From Heptranchias perlo (taxonomy: Eukaryota), in contig NW_027138407.1 in the NCBI RefSeq assembly GCF_035084215.1, positions 1,550,001 to 1,614,000 of the forward strand: 64,000 nt of DNA. Direction: 5' to 3'. Shown here one piece after another: positions 27,102-40,114 of this stretch (its first letter is position 1; every line of letters begins with the position of its first letter). The translations under genes and the position numbers were made by a program. The notes beneath the pieces were generated by a model. That model was not told the origin of the DNA, searched no databases, and saw only the letters and a list, made by a program, of their open reading frames with translations.

Positions 27102-27574
27102 GGTGTGTTGTTTAGATTGGACAGAAAATAGCGGAATGTTTTCAATACGTTGCCACTTCTATTCTGATATTAAAGAGTAAACACAGATCAGGGGCAGGAT
27201 TCACTTATTGGAAAACTAAGGCGCGTTTCCGAGGGACCGGATTGGCTGGTCTCTCAGAACTGATGCCAAATGTGCCCCAATCACAGTTAGTTGTGGACTA
27301 ATTAACTGATGGCTCTCTCCCAACGCTTTCCTTCCCTGTCTGTGTCTGTCTGTCTGTCTCATTTTTGGTTCTCTGCGTCTCTCTGTCAGTCGTTTTGTCT
27401 GCCTCTCGTTTTTCTCTCTTTCCGTCTGCTTACCTCTGTGTCTCTCTCCACATACCCCACTCTGTCTCTGTCTCCGTCTTCATCCGGCTGTCTCTATCCC
27501 TCTGCCTGTGACACTCTATTTCTCAGTCTCTATTTCTGTCTCTGTCGATTGCTCTTTTCATCTCTGTCAGTTTC

Positions 27575-27787
27575 CATCAATAATCTCCGCAGATATCAAC
27601 CATTATGTGTATCTGGGTTTATGTTAACATGTATGCATATGCATATGTGTGTTTGTCTGTGTTTGTGTGTGTTCATCTCTCTGTCTCTCTGGATGTGTTC
27701 ATGCGTGCATCTGTTGTGTTTGTATTTGCAATTAACTCTGTGAGGCTTGTGCTGTCCACAGGAGGGCGCTCTCTGACCGACACCTGC
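27575..27787 (+). repeat. Inverted copy of the CTCF-like/CA segment
   Basis: Same junctions as 20705-20917. Confidence 0.9.
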
Positions 27788-28032
27788 TTCCTCTCTTTCT
27801 CTCCCTTTCTGTCTGTCTCACTTTGTTTCCCTCTCTCTCTCTCTGTTTCTCTTTCTCTCTCTCTCTCTATCCGTCTCTCTATCTCTATCTTTCTCTCATT
27901 TCCCAACACTAACAGCACTGGCCTTACCTAGAGAAATCCGCTTGAATCACCCAGGGAATAATCATCCGGAGATGGAGATGGGAAAATCGAACAGGATTGG
28001 GAATATTGTTGGAATGTTCCAATATCACCGAC

Positions 28033-28078
28033 CTGTGATCAGGACAATAACCAGAGTCAGGCACAGTTTCACCTCCAT
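28033..28078 (-). other. Orphan family-2 leader exon, intact
   Basis: MEVKLCLTLVIVLIT-G|GTCGGT. Confidence 0.85.
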
Positions 28079-29057
28079 GATTCCAGTCTGAACTCCAGAA
28101 ACTCGAGGCTGCCTTTGCCGGTCCTGGGATTGGAGACGCTAAAAGAGCAATGGAATCTCATCAGATGTTCTGGGATTTCTTTTTCTGCCCATTTGTGTCT
28201 CTCGAAACAATCATTTCCCGCAGGTGGCGTTCAGAGGGCGCCCTCCTGTGGACAGCACAAGCCTCACACAATTCATTGGAAATACAAACACAACAGATTT
28301 ACTCAGAGAGAGACAGAGAGATTAACAAACACAAATACAGACACACACACATTTGCATAGGCAAACACGTTAACATAAACACAGATAAACATAATGGTCC
28401 ATATCTGTGGAGATTATTGATGTGCATTTAGCAGTAAGTTGTTAAAAATAACTGATCTTTAACAATTGATCAGAGAACGCCCTCCTGTGTATATTATAAT
28501 CCTCACACACAGCATTCGACACAAAGACACAAACACAGACAGACCGACACTCACCGCTTGACTATGCCTCTCACATGAAGAAAATGCAAAGGCCAGCCTT
28601 TACATGACTCATGATTGTTTCCAGTGCCAGAGGACACAGATTTAAGGTGATCTGCAAAATTGCCAGAGGCAACTTGACGAAACATCTTTTAGGCAGCGAG
28701 TTGTGATGATCTGGAATGCGCTGCCTGAGAGGGCGGTGGAAGAAGATTCAAAAATAACTTTCAAAAGGGAATTCGATAAATACTTGAAGGCAAAATATTT
28801 AAAGGGCCATGGGAAAAGAGGAGGGCAATGGGACTAATTGGATGGATCTTTTAATGATCCAGCACAGGCACGATGGGCCGAATGCCCTCCTCTTCGGCTG
28901 TGCCTAATCTGATACTACGATACTGTGATACAATGTCTGTCGGTGCCTCTATATATCGATTATATCTTTCACTACACCAGCGCACCAATTCAGTGACAGG
29001 AGGTGAGAGGCCTTTGTTGGTTTTTGTACTGTCTGACTGCGCCCCTGTAACAGTGTG

Positions 29058-29494
29058 GGCTCCATGGCACAGAGATACACGGCAGAGTCAGAGACCAGAG
29101 CCCCGGTGATGTTTAAAGGAACCGTTTTCTTGGCTTTGTCCAAATTAGCAGAGAACCGGTCTGCGAAATCTGAAGATTTATCTCCCTGCCCCGAGCTATA
29201 TATCTTCAATAAATATCTCGGAGCTTCTCCGGGATACTGGATGTACCAGAAGAGAGTTCGGACACTGCTTGTTGTCGAGCAGCTGCAGTTCAGTATTATG
29301 GTCTGTCCTTCCTGAACCGTTAATTCAGGCGGAGCCTGGGACACGGAGTCTTTGCCACTCGTTGCTGTAACAAAATACAGGATGTGTCAAAATCTGCGAG
29401 TAAATGTAATGCATGAAACACACACTGACCATTTAAACATAGACTCACCGGGCAGCATGATCATTATTATCAGTAAGGAACACGGGGAGCACAT
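29058..29494 (-). CDS. TCR alpha/delta V segment, family 1 (V1-11, A-type)
   Basis: Leader 29449-29494. V exon 29058-29364. RSS 29019-29057 CACACTG-23-ACAAAAACC. Confidence 0.92.
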
Positions 29495-30224
29495 GCTGTG
29501 TGGTTCAGAGTTAGACAGAAAATAGCCGAATGTTTTCAATATGTTGACCCTTCTCGTCTGATATTAAAGAGTAAACTCAGATCAGGGGCAAGATTCACTT
29601 ATTGGAAAACTAAGGGCCGTTTCCGAGGGACCCGATTGGCTGGTCTCTCAGAACTGATGCCAAATCTGCACCAATCACAGTTAGTTGTGGACTAATTAAC
29701 TGATATCTCTCTCCCAACGCTTTCCTTCCCTGTCTGTGTCTCGCTACTTGTCTCATTTTCGTTCTCTGTGTGTCTCTGTCAATCTTCCCGTCTTCCTCTC
29801 GCTGTTTCTCTCTTTCTGTCTGCTTAACTCTGTGTCTCTATCTCTATAACCCACACTGTCTCTGTCTGTCTTCATCCGGCTGTCTCTATCCCTCTGTCTG
29901 TGACATTCTATTCCTCAGTCTCTGTTTCTGTCTCTGTCTATTACTCTCTTCATCTCCGTCAGTTCTTATGCATTTCGGTTCCTCTCTTTCCCACCCTTTC
30001 TGTCTGTTTCACGTTGTTCCTCTCTCACACACACTCGTTCTCTCTATCTATCTCTCTCTCTCTCTGTCTTTCTCTCTCTCGCTCTCTCGTCTCCCAACAC
30101 TAACAGAACTGACCTTAACGAGAGAAAACTGCTTGCATCATCCAGAGAATAAACATCCGGAGATGGAGATGGGAAAATATATCAGGATTGGGGAATATTG
30201 TTGGAAGATTTCAATATCACCGAC

Positions 30225-30270
30225 GTTTGTTCAGGACAATAACCAGAGTCAGGCAGAGTTTCACCTCCAT
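30225..30270 (-). other. Orphan family-2 leader exon, open frame, weakened donor
   Basis: As 23362-23407. Confidence 0.8.
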
Positions 30271-31326
30271 GATTCCAGTCTGAACTCCAGAAACACGAGA
30301 CTGCCTTTACAGGGCCTGGGATAGGATACGCTGAAACAGCAAACGGATCTCATCAGATGTTCTGGGATTTCTTTTTCTGCCCATTTGTGTCTCTCTGAAC
30401 AATCATTTCCTGCAGGTAGCGTTCAGAGAGCGCCCTCCTGTGGACAGCACAAGCCCCACAGAGTTCATTGCAAATACAAACACAACAGATATCCCAATAA
30501 ACACACAGAGACAGAGAGATTAACACACACAAATACAGACACACACATATGAATGTGCATTCACTTTAACATAACCCCAGATACAATTAATGGTTGACAT
30601 CTGTGGAGATTATTCATGTGCATTCAACTGTAAGATTTTGAAGATCACTGATCTTGAACAAGTGATCAGAGAACGCCCTCCTGTGTATTTTATAATCCTC
30701 ATAGTCAGCATTCGTCACAGAGAAACAACCACGGACAGACGGACACTAACGGCTTGACTGTGCCTCTCACATGAAGAAAATGCAAAGATCAGCCATTACA
30801 TGACTCATGAACGGTTTTGATAGTGTAAATTAGGAGAAATTGTTTCCAATGGGAGAAGGGTCGGTAACCTGAGGACACAGATTGAAGTTGATCTGAAAAA
30901 TTGCCAGAGGCGACATGAGGAAACATTTTTTTACACAGCGAGTTGTGATGATCTGGAATGCACTGCCTGAGGGGATTGTGGAATCAGATTCAATAGTAAC
31001 TTTCAAAAGGGAATTCGATAAATACCTCAAGGGAAAATATTTAAAGTGCTATAGGGAAAGACCAGGTTAATGGGACTAACTGGGTAGTTCTTTTAAAGAG
31101 CCAGCACGGGCAAGATGGGCTGAATGGCCTATTCATGAGTTGTGCCCACTGATATTATGATACTGTGTTATTATGTCTGTCGGTGACGGTACCTCTGTCC
31201 ATCTCGCTGTCTGTCCTTCTTTCTATCTGTCCACATATCAGTTCATGAGGGCAACAATTCAGTGAGTGGAGGTGAGTGACCTTTGCTGGTTTTTGTACGG
31301 TCTGACTGAGCCCCTGTCACAGTGTG

Positions 31327-31764
31327 GGCTGCATGGCACAGAGATACACGGCAGAGTCAGAGACAAGAGCCCCACTGATATTTAAAGGAACCGTTTTGTT
31401 TGCTTTGTCAAAATTAGCAGAGAACCGATCTGCAATGTCTGAAGATTTATCTCCCTGCTCCCATCTATATCTCCTCAGTAAATATCTTGGATCTTCCCCG
31501 GGATACTGGATGTACCAGAAGAGAGTTGGGCCACTGTCAGTTGTCGAGTAATGACAGTTCAGTATTACAGTCTGTCCTTCCTGAACCGTTAATTCAGGCG
31601 GATCCTGGGACACTGAGTCTTTGCCACTCGTTCCTGTAACAAAATACAGAATGTGTCAAAAGTCTGGGAGTAAATATAACCCATGAAATACACACTGACC
31701 ATTTAAACATAGACTCACCGGGCAGCACGGTCATTATTATCAGTAAGAAACATGGAGAGCACAT
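31327..31764 (-). CDS. TCR alpha/delta V segment, family 1 (V1-12, B-type)
   Basis: Leader 31719-31764. V exon 31327-31633. RSS 31288-31326 CACACTG-23-ACAAAAACC. Confidence 0.92.
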
Positions 31765-32237
31765 GGTGTGTGGTTTAGATTCGACAGAAAATAGCGGATA
31801 GTTTTCAATACGTTGCCACTTCTATTCTGATATTAAAGAGTAAACTCAGATCAGGGGCAGGATTCACTTATTGTAAAACTAAGGGGCGTTTCCGAGGGAC
31901 CGGATTGGCTGGTCTCACAGAACTGATGCCAAATCTGCACCAATCACAGTTAGTTATCGACTAATTAACTGATAGCTCTCTCCCAACGTTTTCCTTCCCT
32001 GTCTGTGTCTGTCTGTCTGTCTCATTTTCGGTTCTCTGCGTCTCTCTGTCAGCCGTTTTGTCTGCCTCTCGTTTTTCTCTCTTTCCGTCTGCTTACCTCT
32101 GTGTCTCTCTCCACATACCCCACTCTGTCTCTGTCTCCGTCTTCATCCGGCTGTCTCTATCCCTCTGCCTGTGACACTCTATTTCTCAGTCTCTATTTCT
32201 GTCTCTGTCGATTGCTCTTTTCATCTCTGTCAGTTTC

Positions 32238-32450
32238 CATCAATAATCTCCGCAGATATCAACCATTATGTGTATCTGGGTTTATGTTAACATGTATGCA
32301 TATGCATATGTGTGTTTGTCTGTGTTTGTGTGTGTTCATCTCTCTGTCTCTCTGGATGTGTTCATGCGTGCATCTGTTGTGTTTGTATTTGCAATGAACT
32401 CTGTGAGGCTTGTGCTGTCCACAGGAGGGCGCTCTCTGACCGACACCTGC
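32238..32450 (+). repeat. Inverted copy of the CTCF-like/CA segment
   Basis: Same junctions as 20705-20917. Confidence 0.9.
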
Positions 32451-32695
32451 TTCCTCTCTTTCTCTCCCTTTCTGTCTGTCTCACTTTGTTTCCCTCTCTC
32501 TCTCTCTGTTTCTCTTTCTCTCTCTCTCTCTATCCTTCTCTCTATCTCTATCTTTCTCTCATTTCCCAACACTAACAGCACTGGCCTTACCTAGAGAAAG
32601 CCGCTTGAATCACCCAGGGAATAATCATCCGGAGATGGAGATGGGAAAATCGAACAGGATTGGGAATATTGTTGGAAGGTTCCAATATCACCGAC

Positions 32696-32741
32696 CTGTG
32701 ATCAGGACAATAACCAGAGTCAGGCAGAGTTTCACCTCCAT
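32696..32741 (-). other. Orphan family-2 leader exon, intact
   Basis: MEVKLCLTLVIVLIT-G|GTCGGT. Confidence 0.85.
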
Positions 32742-33720
32742 GATTCCAGTCTGAACTCCAGAAACTCGAGGCTGCCTTTGCCGGTCCTGGGATTGGAGAC
32801 GCTAAAAGAGCAATGGAATCTCATCAGATGTTCTGGGATTTCTTTTTCTGCCCATTTGTGTCTCTCGAAACAATCATTTCCCGCAGGTGGCGTTCAGAGG
32901 GCGCCCTCCTGTGGACAGCACAAGCCTCACACAATTCATTGGAAATACAAACACAACAGATTTACTCAGAGAGAGACAGAGAGATTAACAAACACAAATA
33001 CAGACACACACGCATTTGCATAGGCAAACACGTCAACATAAACACAGATAAACATAATGGTCCATATCTGTGGAGATTATTGATGTGCATTTAGCAGTAA
33101 GTTGTTAAAAATAACTGATCTTTAACAATTGATCAGAGAACGCCCTCCTGTGTATATTATAATCCTCACACACAGCATTCGACACAAAGACACAAACACA
33201 GACAGACCGACACTCACCGCTTGACTATGCCTCTCACATGAAGAAAATGCAAAGGCCAGCCTTTACATGACTCATGATTGTTTCCAGTGCCAGAGGACAC
33301 AGATTTAAGGTGATCTGCAAAATTGCCAGAGGCAACTTGACGAAACATCTTTTAGGCAGCGAGTTGTGATGATCTGGAATGCGCTGCCTGAGAGGGCGGT
33401 GGAAGAAGATTCAAAAATAACTTTCAAAAGGGAATTCGATAAATACTTGAAGGCAAAATATTTAAAGGGCCATGGGAAAAGAGGAGGGCAATGGGACTAA
33501 TTGGATGGATCTTTTAATGATCCAGCACAGGCACGATGGGCCGAATGCCCTCCTCTTCGGCTGTGCCTAATCTGATACTACGATACTGTGATACAATGTC
33601 TGTCGGTGCCTCTATATATCGATTATATCTTTCACTACACCAGCGCACCAATTCAGTGACAGGAGGTGAGAGGCCTTTGTTGGTTTTTGTACTGTCTGAC
33701 TGCGCCCCTGTAACAGTGTG

Positions 33721-34157
33721 GGCTCCATGGCACAGAGATACACGGCAGAGTCAGAGACCAGAGCCCCGGTGATGTTTAAAGGAACCGTTTTCTTGGCTTT
33801 GTCCAAATTAGCAGAGAACCGGTCTGCAAAATCTGAAGATTTATCTCCCTGCCCCGAGCTATATATCTTCAATAAATATCTCGGAGCTTCCCCGGGATAC
33901 TGGATGTACCAGAAGAGAGTTCCGACACTGCTTGTTGTCGAGCAGCTGCAGTTCAGTATTATGGTCTGTCCTTCCTGAACCGTTAATTCAGGCGGAGCCT
34001 GGGACACGGAGTCTTTGCCACTCGTTGCTGTAACAAAATACAGGATGTGTCAAAATCTGCGAGTAAATGTAATGCATGAAACATACACTGACCATTTAAA
34101 CATAGACTCACCGGGCAGCGTGATCATTATTATCAGTAAGAACCATGGAGAGCACAT
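33721..34157 (-). CDS. TCR alpha/delta V segment, family 1 (V1-13, A-type)
   Basis: Leader 34112-34157. V exon 33721-34027. RSS 33682-33720 CACACTG-23-ACAAAAACC. Confidence 0.92.
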
Positions 34158-34897
34158 GGTGTGTGGTTTAGAGTTAGACAGAAAATAGCCGAATGTTTTC
34201 AATATGTTGACCCTTCTCGTCTGATATTAAAGAGTGAACTCAGATCAGGGGCAGGATTCACTTATTGGGAAACTAAGGGGCGTTTCCGAGGGACCCGATT
34301 GGCTGCTCTCTCAGAACTGATGCCAAATCTGCACCAATCACAGTTAGTTGTGGACTAATTAACTGATAGCTCTCTCCCAACGCTTTCCTTCCCTGTCCGT
34401 GTCTCGCTACTTGTCTCATTTTCGTTCTCTGTGTGTCTCTGTCAATCTTCCCGTCTTCCTCTCGCTGTTTCTCTCTTTCTGTCTGCTTACCTCTGTGTCT
34501 CTATCTCCATACCCCACACTGTCTCTGTCTCTGTCTACATCCGGCTGCCTCTATCCCTCTGCCTGCGACACTCTATTTCTCAGTCTCTGTTTCTGTCTCT
34601 GTCTATTACTCTCTTCATCTCCGTCAGTTCTTATGCATTTCGGTTCCTCTCTTTCTGACCCTTTCTGTCTGTTTCACTTTGTTTCTCTCTCACACACACT
34701 CGTTCTCTCTATCTATTTCTTTCTCTCTCTCTCTCTCTATCTTTCTCTCTCTCGCTCTCTCGACTCCCAACAGTAACAGCACTGACCTTAACGAGAGAAA
34801 ACCGCTTGAATCATCCAGAGAATAATCATCCGGAGATGGAGATGGGAAAATATATCAGGATTGGGGAATATTGTTGGAAGATTTCAATATCACCGAC

Positions 34898-34943
34898 GTT
34901 TGTTCAGGACAATAACCAGAGTCAGGCAGAGTTTCACCTCCAT
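34898..34943 (-). other. Orphan family-2 leader exon, open frame, weakened donor
   Basis: As 23362-23407. Confidence 0.8.
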
Positions 34944-35999
34944 GATTCCAGTCTGAACTCCAGAAACACGAGACTGCCTTTACAGGGCCTGGGATGGGAG
35001 ACGCTGAAACAGCAAACGGATCTCAGCAGATGTTCTGGGATTTCTTTTTCTGCCCATTTGTGTCTCTCTGAACAATCATTTCCTGCAGGTAGCGTTCAGA
35101 GAGCGCCCTCCTGTGGACAGCACAAGCCCCACAGAGTTCATTGCAAATACAAACACAACAGATATACCAATAAACACACAGAGACAGAGAGATTAACACA
35201 CACAAATACAGACACACACATATGAATGTCCATTCACTTTAACATAACCCCAGATACAATTAATGGTTGACATCTGTGGAGATTATTCATGTGCATTCAA
35301 CTGTAAGATTTTGAAGATGACTGATCTTGAACAAGTGATCAGAGAACGCCCTCCTGTGTATATTATAATCCTCACAGTCAGCATTCGTCACAGAGAAACA
35401 ACCACGGACAGACGGACACTAACGGCTTGACTGTGCCTCTCACATGAAGAAAATGCAAAGACCAGCCATTACATGACTCATGAACGGTTTTGATAGTGTA
35501 AATTAGGAGACATTGTTTCCAATGGGAGAAGGGTCGGTAACCTGAGGACACAGATTGAAGATGATCTGAAAAATTGCCAGAGGCGACATGAGGAAACATT
35601 TTTTTACACAGCGAGTTGTGATGATCTGGAATGCACTGCCTGAGGGGGTTGTGGAATCAGATTCAATAGTAACTTTCAAAAGGGAATTCGATAAATACCT
35701 CAAGGGAAAATATTTAAAGTGCTATAGGGAAAGACCAGGTTAATGGGACTAACTGGGTAGTTCTTTTAAAGAGCCAGCACGGGCAAGATGGGCTGAATGG
35801 CCTATTCATGAGTTGTGCCCACTGATATTATGATACTGTGTTATTATGTCTGTCGGTGACGGTACCTCTGTCCATCTCGCTGTCTTTCCTTCTTTCTATC
35901 TGTCCACATATCAGTTCATGAGGGCAACAATTCAGTGAGTGGAGGTGAGTGACCTTTGCTGGTTTTTGTACGGTCTGACTGAGCCCCTGTCACAGTGTG

Positions 36000-36437
36000 G
36001 GCTGCATGGCACAGAGATACACGGCAGAGTCAGAGACAAGAGCCCCACTGATATTTAAAGGAACCGTTTTGTTTGCTTTGTCAAAATTAGCAGAGAACCG
36101 ATCTGCAATGTCTGAAGATTTATCTCCCTGCTCCCAGCTATATCTCCTCAGTAAATATCTTGGATCTTCCCCGGGACACTGGATGTACCAGAAGAGAGTT
36201 GGGCCACTGTCAGTTGTCGAGTAACGACAGTTCAGTATTACAGTCTGTCCTTCCTGAACCGTTAATTCAGGCGGATCCTGGAACACGGAGTCTTTGCCAC
36301 TCGTTCCTGTAACAAAATACAGAATGTGTCAAAAGTCTGGGAGTAAATATAATCCATGAAATACACAATGACCATTTAAACATAGACTCACCGGGCAGCA
36401 CGATCATTATTATCAGTAAGAAACATGGGGAGCACAT
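36000..36437 (-). CDS. TCR alpha/delta V segment, family 1 (V1-14, B-type, extra Cys in WYIQC)
   Basis: Leader 36392-36437. V exon 36000-36306, same translated V region as V1-10. RSS 35961-35999 CACACTG-23-ACAAAAACC. Confidence 0.92.
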
Positions 36438-36910
36438 GGTGTGTTGTTTAGATTGGACAGAAAATAGCGGAATGTTTTCAATACGTTGCCACTTCTATTC
36501 TGATATTAAAGAGTAAACTCAGATCAGGGGCAGGATTCACTTATTGGAAAACGAAGGCGCGTTTCCGAGGGACCGGATTGGCTGGTCTCTCAGAACTGAT
36601 GCCAAATGTGCCCCAATCACAGTTAGTTGTGGACTAATTAACTGATGGCTCTCTCCCAACGCTTTCCTTCCCTGTCTGTGTCTGTCTGTCTGTCTCATTT
36701 TTGGTTCTCTGCGTCTCTCTGTCAGTCGTTTTGTCTGCCTCTCGTTTTTCTCTCTTTCCGTCTGCTTACCTCTGAGTCTCTCCCCAAATACCCCACTCTG
36801 TCTCTGTCTCCGTCTTCATCAAGCTGTCTCTATCCCTCTGCCTGTGACACTCTATTTCTCAGTCTCTATTTCTGTCTCTGTCGATTGCTCTTTTCATCTC
36901 TGTCAGTTTC

Positions 36911-37123
36911 CATCAATAATCTCCGCAGATATCAACCATTATGTGTATCTGGGTTTATGTTAACATGTATGCATATGCATATGTGTGTTTGCCTGTGTTT
37001 GTGTGTGTGAATCTCTCTGTCTCTCTGGATGTGTTCATGCGTGTATCTGTTGTGTTTGTATTTGCAATTAACTCTGTGAGGCTTGTGCTGTCCACAGGAG
37101 GGCGCTCTCTGACCGACACCTGC
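36911..37123 (+). repeat. Inverted copy of the CTCF-like/CA segment
   Basis: Same junctions as 20705-20917. Confidence 0.9.
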
Positions 37124-37369
37124 TTCCTCTCTTTCTCTCCCTTTCTGTCTGTCTCACTTTGTTTCCCTCTCTCTCTCTCTGTTTCTCTTTCTCTCTCTCT
37201 CTCTATCCGTCTCTCTATCTCTATCTTTCTCTCATTTCCCAACACTAACAGCACTGGCCTTACCTAGAGAAATCCGCTTGAATCACCCAGGGAATAATCA
37301 TCCGGAGATGGAGATGGGAAAATCTAACAGGATTGGGGAATATTGATGGAAGGTTCCAATATCACCGAC

Positions 37370-37415
37370 CTGTGATCAGGACAATAACCAGAGTCAGGCA
37401 CAGTTTCACCTCCAT
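37370..37415 (-). other. Orphan family-2 leader exon, intact
   Basis: MEVKLCLTLVIVLIT-G|GTCGGT. Confidence 0.85.
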
Positions 37416-38451
37416 GATTCCAGTCTGAACTCCAGAAACACGAGACTGCCTTTGCCAGGCCTGGGAATGGAGACGCTAAAAGAGCAATGGAATCTCATCA
37501 GATGTTCTGGGATTTCTTTTTCTGCCCATTTGTGTCTCTCGAAACAATCATTTCCTGCAGGTGGCGTTCAGAGGGCGCCCTCCTGTGGACAGCACAAGCC
37601 TCACACAATTCATTGGAAATACAAAAACAACAGATTTACTCATAAACACACAGAGAGACAGAGAGATTAACACACACAAATACAGACACACACACATTTG
37701 CATATGGATACACGTTAACATAAACCCAGATAAACATAATGGTCCATATCTGTGGAGATTATTGATGTGCATTTAGCTGTAAGTTGTTAAAAATTACTGA
37801 TCTTTAACAAGTGATCAGAGAACGCCCTCCTGTGTATATTATAATCCTCACACACAGCATTCGACACACAGACACAACCACGGACAGACGGACACTAACG
37901 GCTTGACTGTGCCTCACATATGAAGAAAATGCAAAGACCAGCCATTACATGACTCATGGTCGGTTTTGATAGTGTAAATAAGGAGAAATTCTTTCCAATG
38001 GTAGAAGTGTCAGAAACCAGAGGACACAGATTTCAGGTGATCAGCAAAATTGCTCGAGGCCACAAGACGAAACATTTTTAACGCAGCGAGTTGTGATGAT
38101 CTGGAATGCACGGCCTGAAAGGGTGGTGGAAGCAGATTCAATAGTAACTTGCAAAAGAAAATTAGATAAATTCATGAAGGGAAAATATTTAAAGGGCTAT
38201 AGGGAAGGAGCAGGATAATGGGACTAATTGGTTAGCTCTTTTAAACAGCCGGCACAGGCATCTTTGGGCGGAATGGCCTCCTCTTGTGATGTGCCTACTC
38301 TGATACCATGATACCATGATACAATGTCTGTCGGTGCTTCCATATATCTATCTATCTTTCTTTCTATCTACATATCTGTTCACTAGCGCATCAATTCAGT
38401 GAGAGGAGGTGAGGCTTTTGTACAGTCTGGCTGCGGCCCTGTAACAATGTG

Positions 38452-38889
38452 GTCTCCATGGCACAGAGATACACGGCAGAGTCAGAGACAAGAGACCCGC
38501 TGATATTTAAAGGAACCGTTTTCTTGGCTTTGTCCAAATTAGCAGAGAACCGGCCTGGGAAATCTGAAGATTTATCTCCCTGCCCGGAGATATATCTCCT
38601 CAGTAAATATCTCGGAGCTTCCCCGGGATACTGGATGTACCAGAAGAGAGTTGGGCCACTGTCAGTTGTCGAGTAACTGCAGTTCAGTATTACGGTCTGT
38701 CCTTCCTCAACCGTTAATTCAGGCGGATCCTGGGACACTGAGTCTTTGCCACTCGTTCCTGTAACAAAATACAGAATGTGTCAAAAGTCTGGGAGCAAAT
38801 ATAACCCATGAAACACACACTGACCATTTAAACATAGACTCACCGGGCAGCATGATCATTATTATCAGTAAGGAACATGGGGAGCACAT
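38452..38889 (-). CDS. TCR alpha/delta V segment, family 1 (V1-15)
   Basis: Leader 38844-38889. V exon 38452-38758. Weaker RSS 38413-38451 CACATTG-23-ACAAAAGCC. Confidence 0.9.
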
Positions 38890-40114
38890 GGTGTGTGGTT
38901 TAGATTTCGACAGAAAATAGCGGATAGTTTTCAATATGTTGAACCTTCTAGTCTGATATTAAAGATTAAACTCAGATCAGGGGCAGGATTCACTTATTGG
39001 GAAACTAAGGGCCGTTTCCCAGGGACCGAATTGGCTGGTCTCTCAGAACTGATGCCAAATGAGCACCAATCACAGTTAGTTGTGGACTAATTAACTGATG
39101 GCTCTCACCCAACGCTTTCCTTCCCTGTCTGTGTCTGTCTGTCTCATTTTCTTTCTCTGTGTCTCTCTGTCAATCTTTTTGTCTCCCTCTCGCTTTTTCT
39201 CTCTTTCTGTATGCTTACCCCTGTGTCTCTAATCCTATACCCGTCCCTTTCTCTAAATCTATCTCCGTCTCTGTCCATCTGTCTCTCTCTCCCTGTCTGT
39301 GACACTCTATTTCTCTGTCTTTCTCGATTTCTGTCTGTTACTCTCTGTATCTCTCTCAGTTTCGATGCCTCTCTCTGTCTCAATCTCTTCCTTTCTTTCT
39401 CGCTCTGTCTCTCTCTCTCTCTCTCTGTCCCACTCTTTGTCTCTCTCTGGATCTCCCGCTTTTTTTCTCTCTCTCTTTCTCTCTCTCTCTTTCTCTTTCG
39501 CTCTCTCACTCATTAAGGTGACAAGTGGAAAATATCTGAATCAGTTTCGATCCCCGGTCCCACGGAATTCCCTCCACAATCAATGAGCTCCATTAATAGT
39601 CACAGTCTTAATATCACCAATGACATGACAAGTAGACATATCTCTTCAAAGCTGCCGGCCGTACCAATGGATTTGAACTTGTACCAGTAAAGTGCTGATT
39701 TCAGTCATTCACTATTTCTAACCCAGGAGCTTTGAACAGTGAACCCCTGAGGCCGCCCTTTGAGATCAGACAGTTTCTGAGCGATGTGACCCGACGGAGC
39801 TGCACCAGATCCAGGAATTTTACTTGTACAGGTGGATCCTGTTATTCGTCCCAGAGGTCAGCAAGTCGGTGCGAACAGGGGGCTGGAAATGTCTGAATTT
39901 GACACTGGATTAAGTGGTTGAGAAATGTCACATTTCCCAACACTGACAGCACTGACCTTAACTGGAGAAAACCGCTCGGAACAGGGTGTATTTTCGCATT
40001 AATCTCCTGTAAAATACTCTGGGATACAATCCCTGGTATTTTCCCGGATCCCACCTTTGACGCCGACCTGTGCCCTGTTTTTGTATGAGTCCCGAGGGAC
40101 CCTTATTCACTGTG

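Noticed and set aside
2455-38676. Conserved 75-92 aa antisense ORF (MGCMAQRYTAESETRAP...)
   Set aside because: It is the shadow of the V exon on the opposite strand, so its conservation is explained by the V coding sequence.
175-39586. Repeated Ser/Leu-rich and Glu/Arg-rich ORFs
   Set aside because: Translations of CT/GA tracts. Frames and stops are not conserved between units.
39511-39925. LYWYK-like motif suggesting a decayed V in the segment shared by five units
   Set aside because: No flanking Cys motifs, splice acceptor or RSS were found, so it is treated as ancestral spacer DNA.
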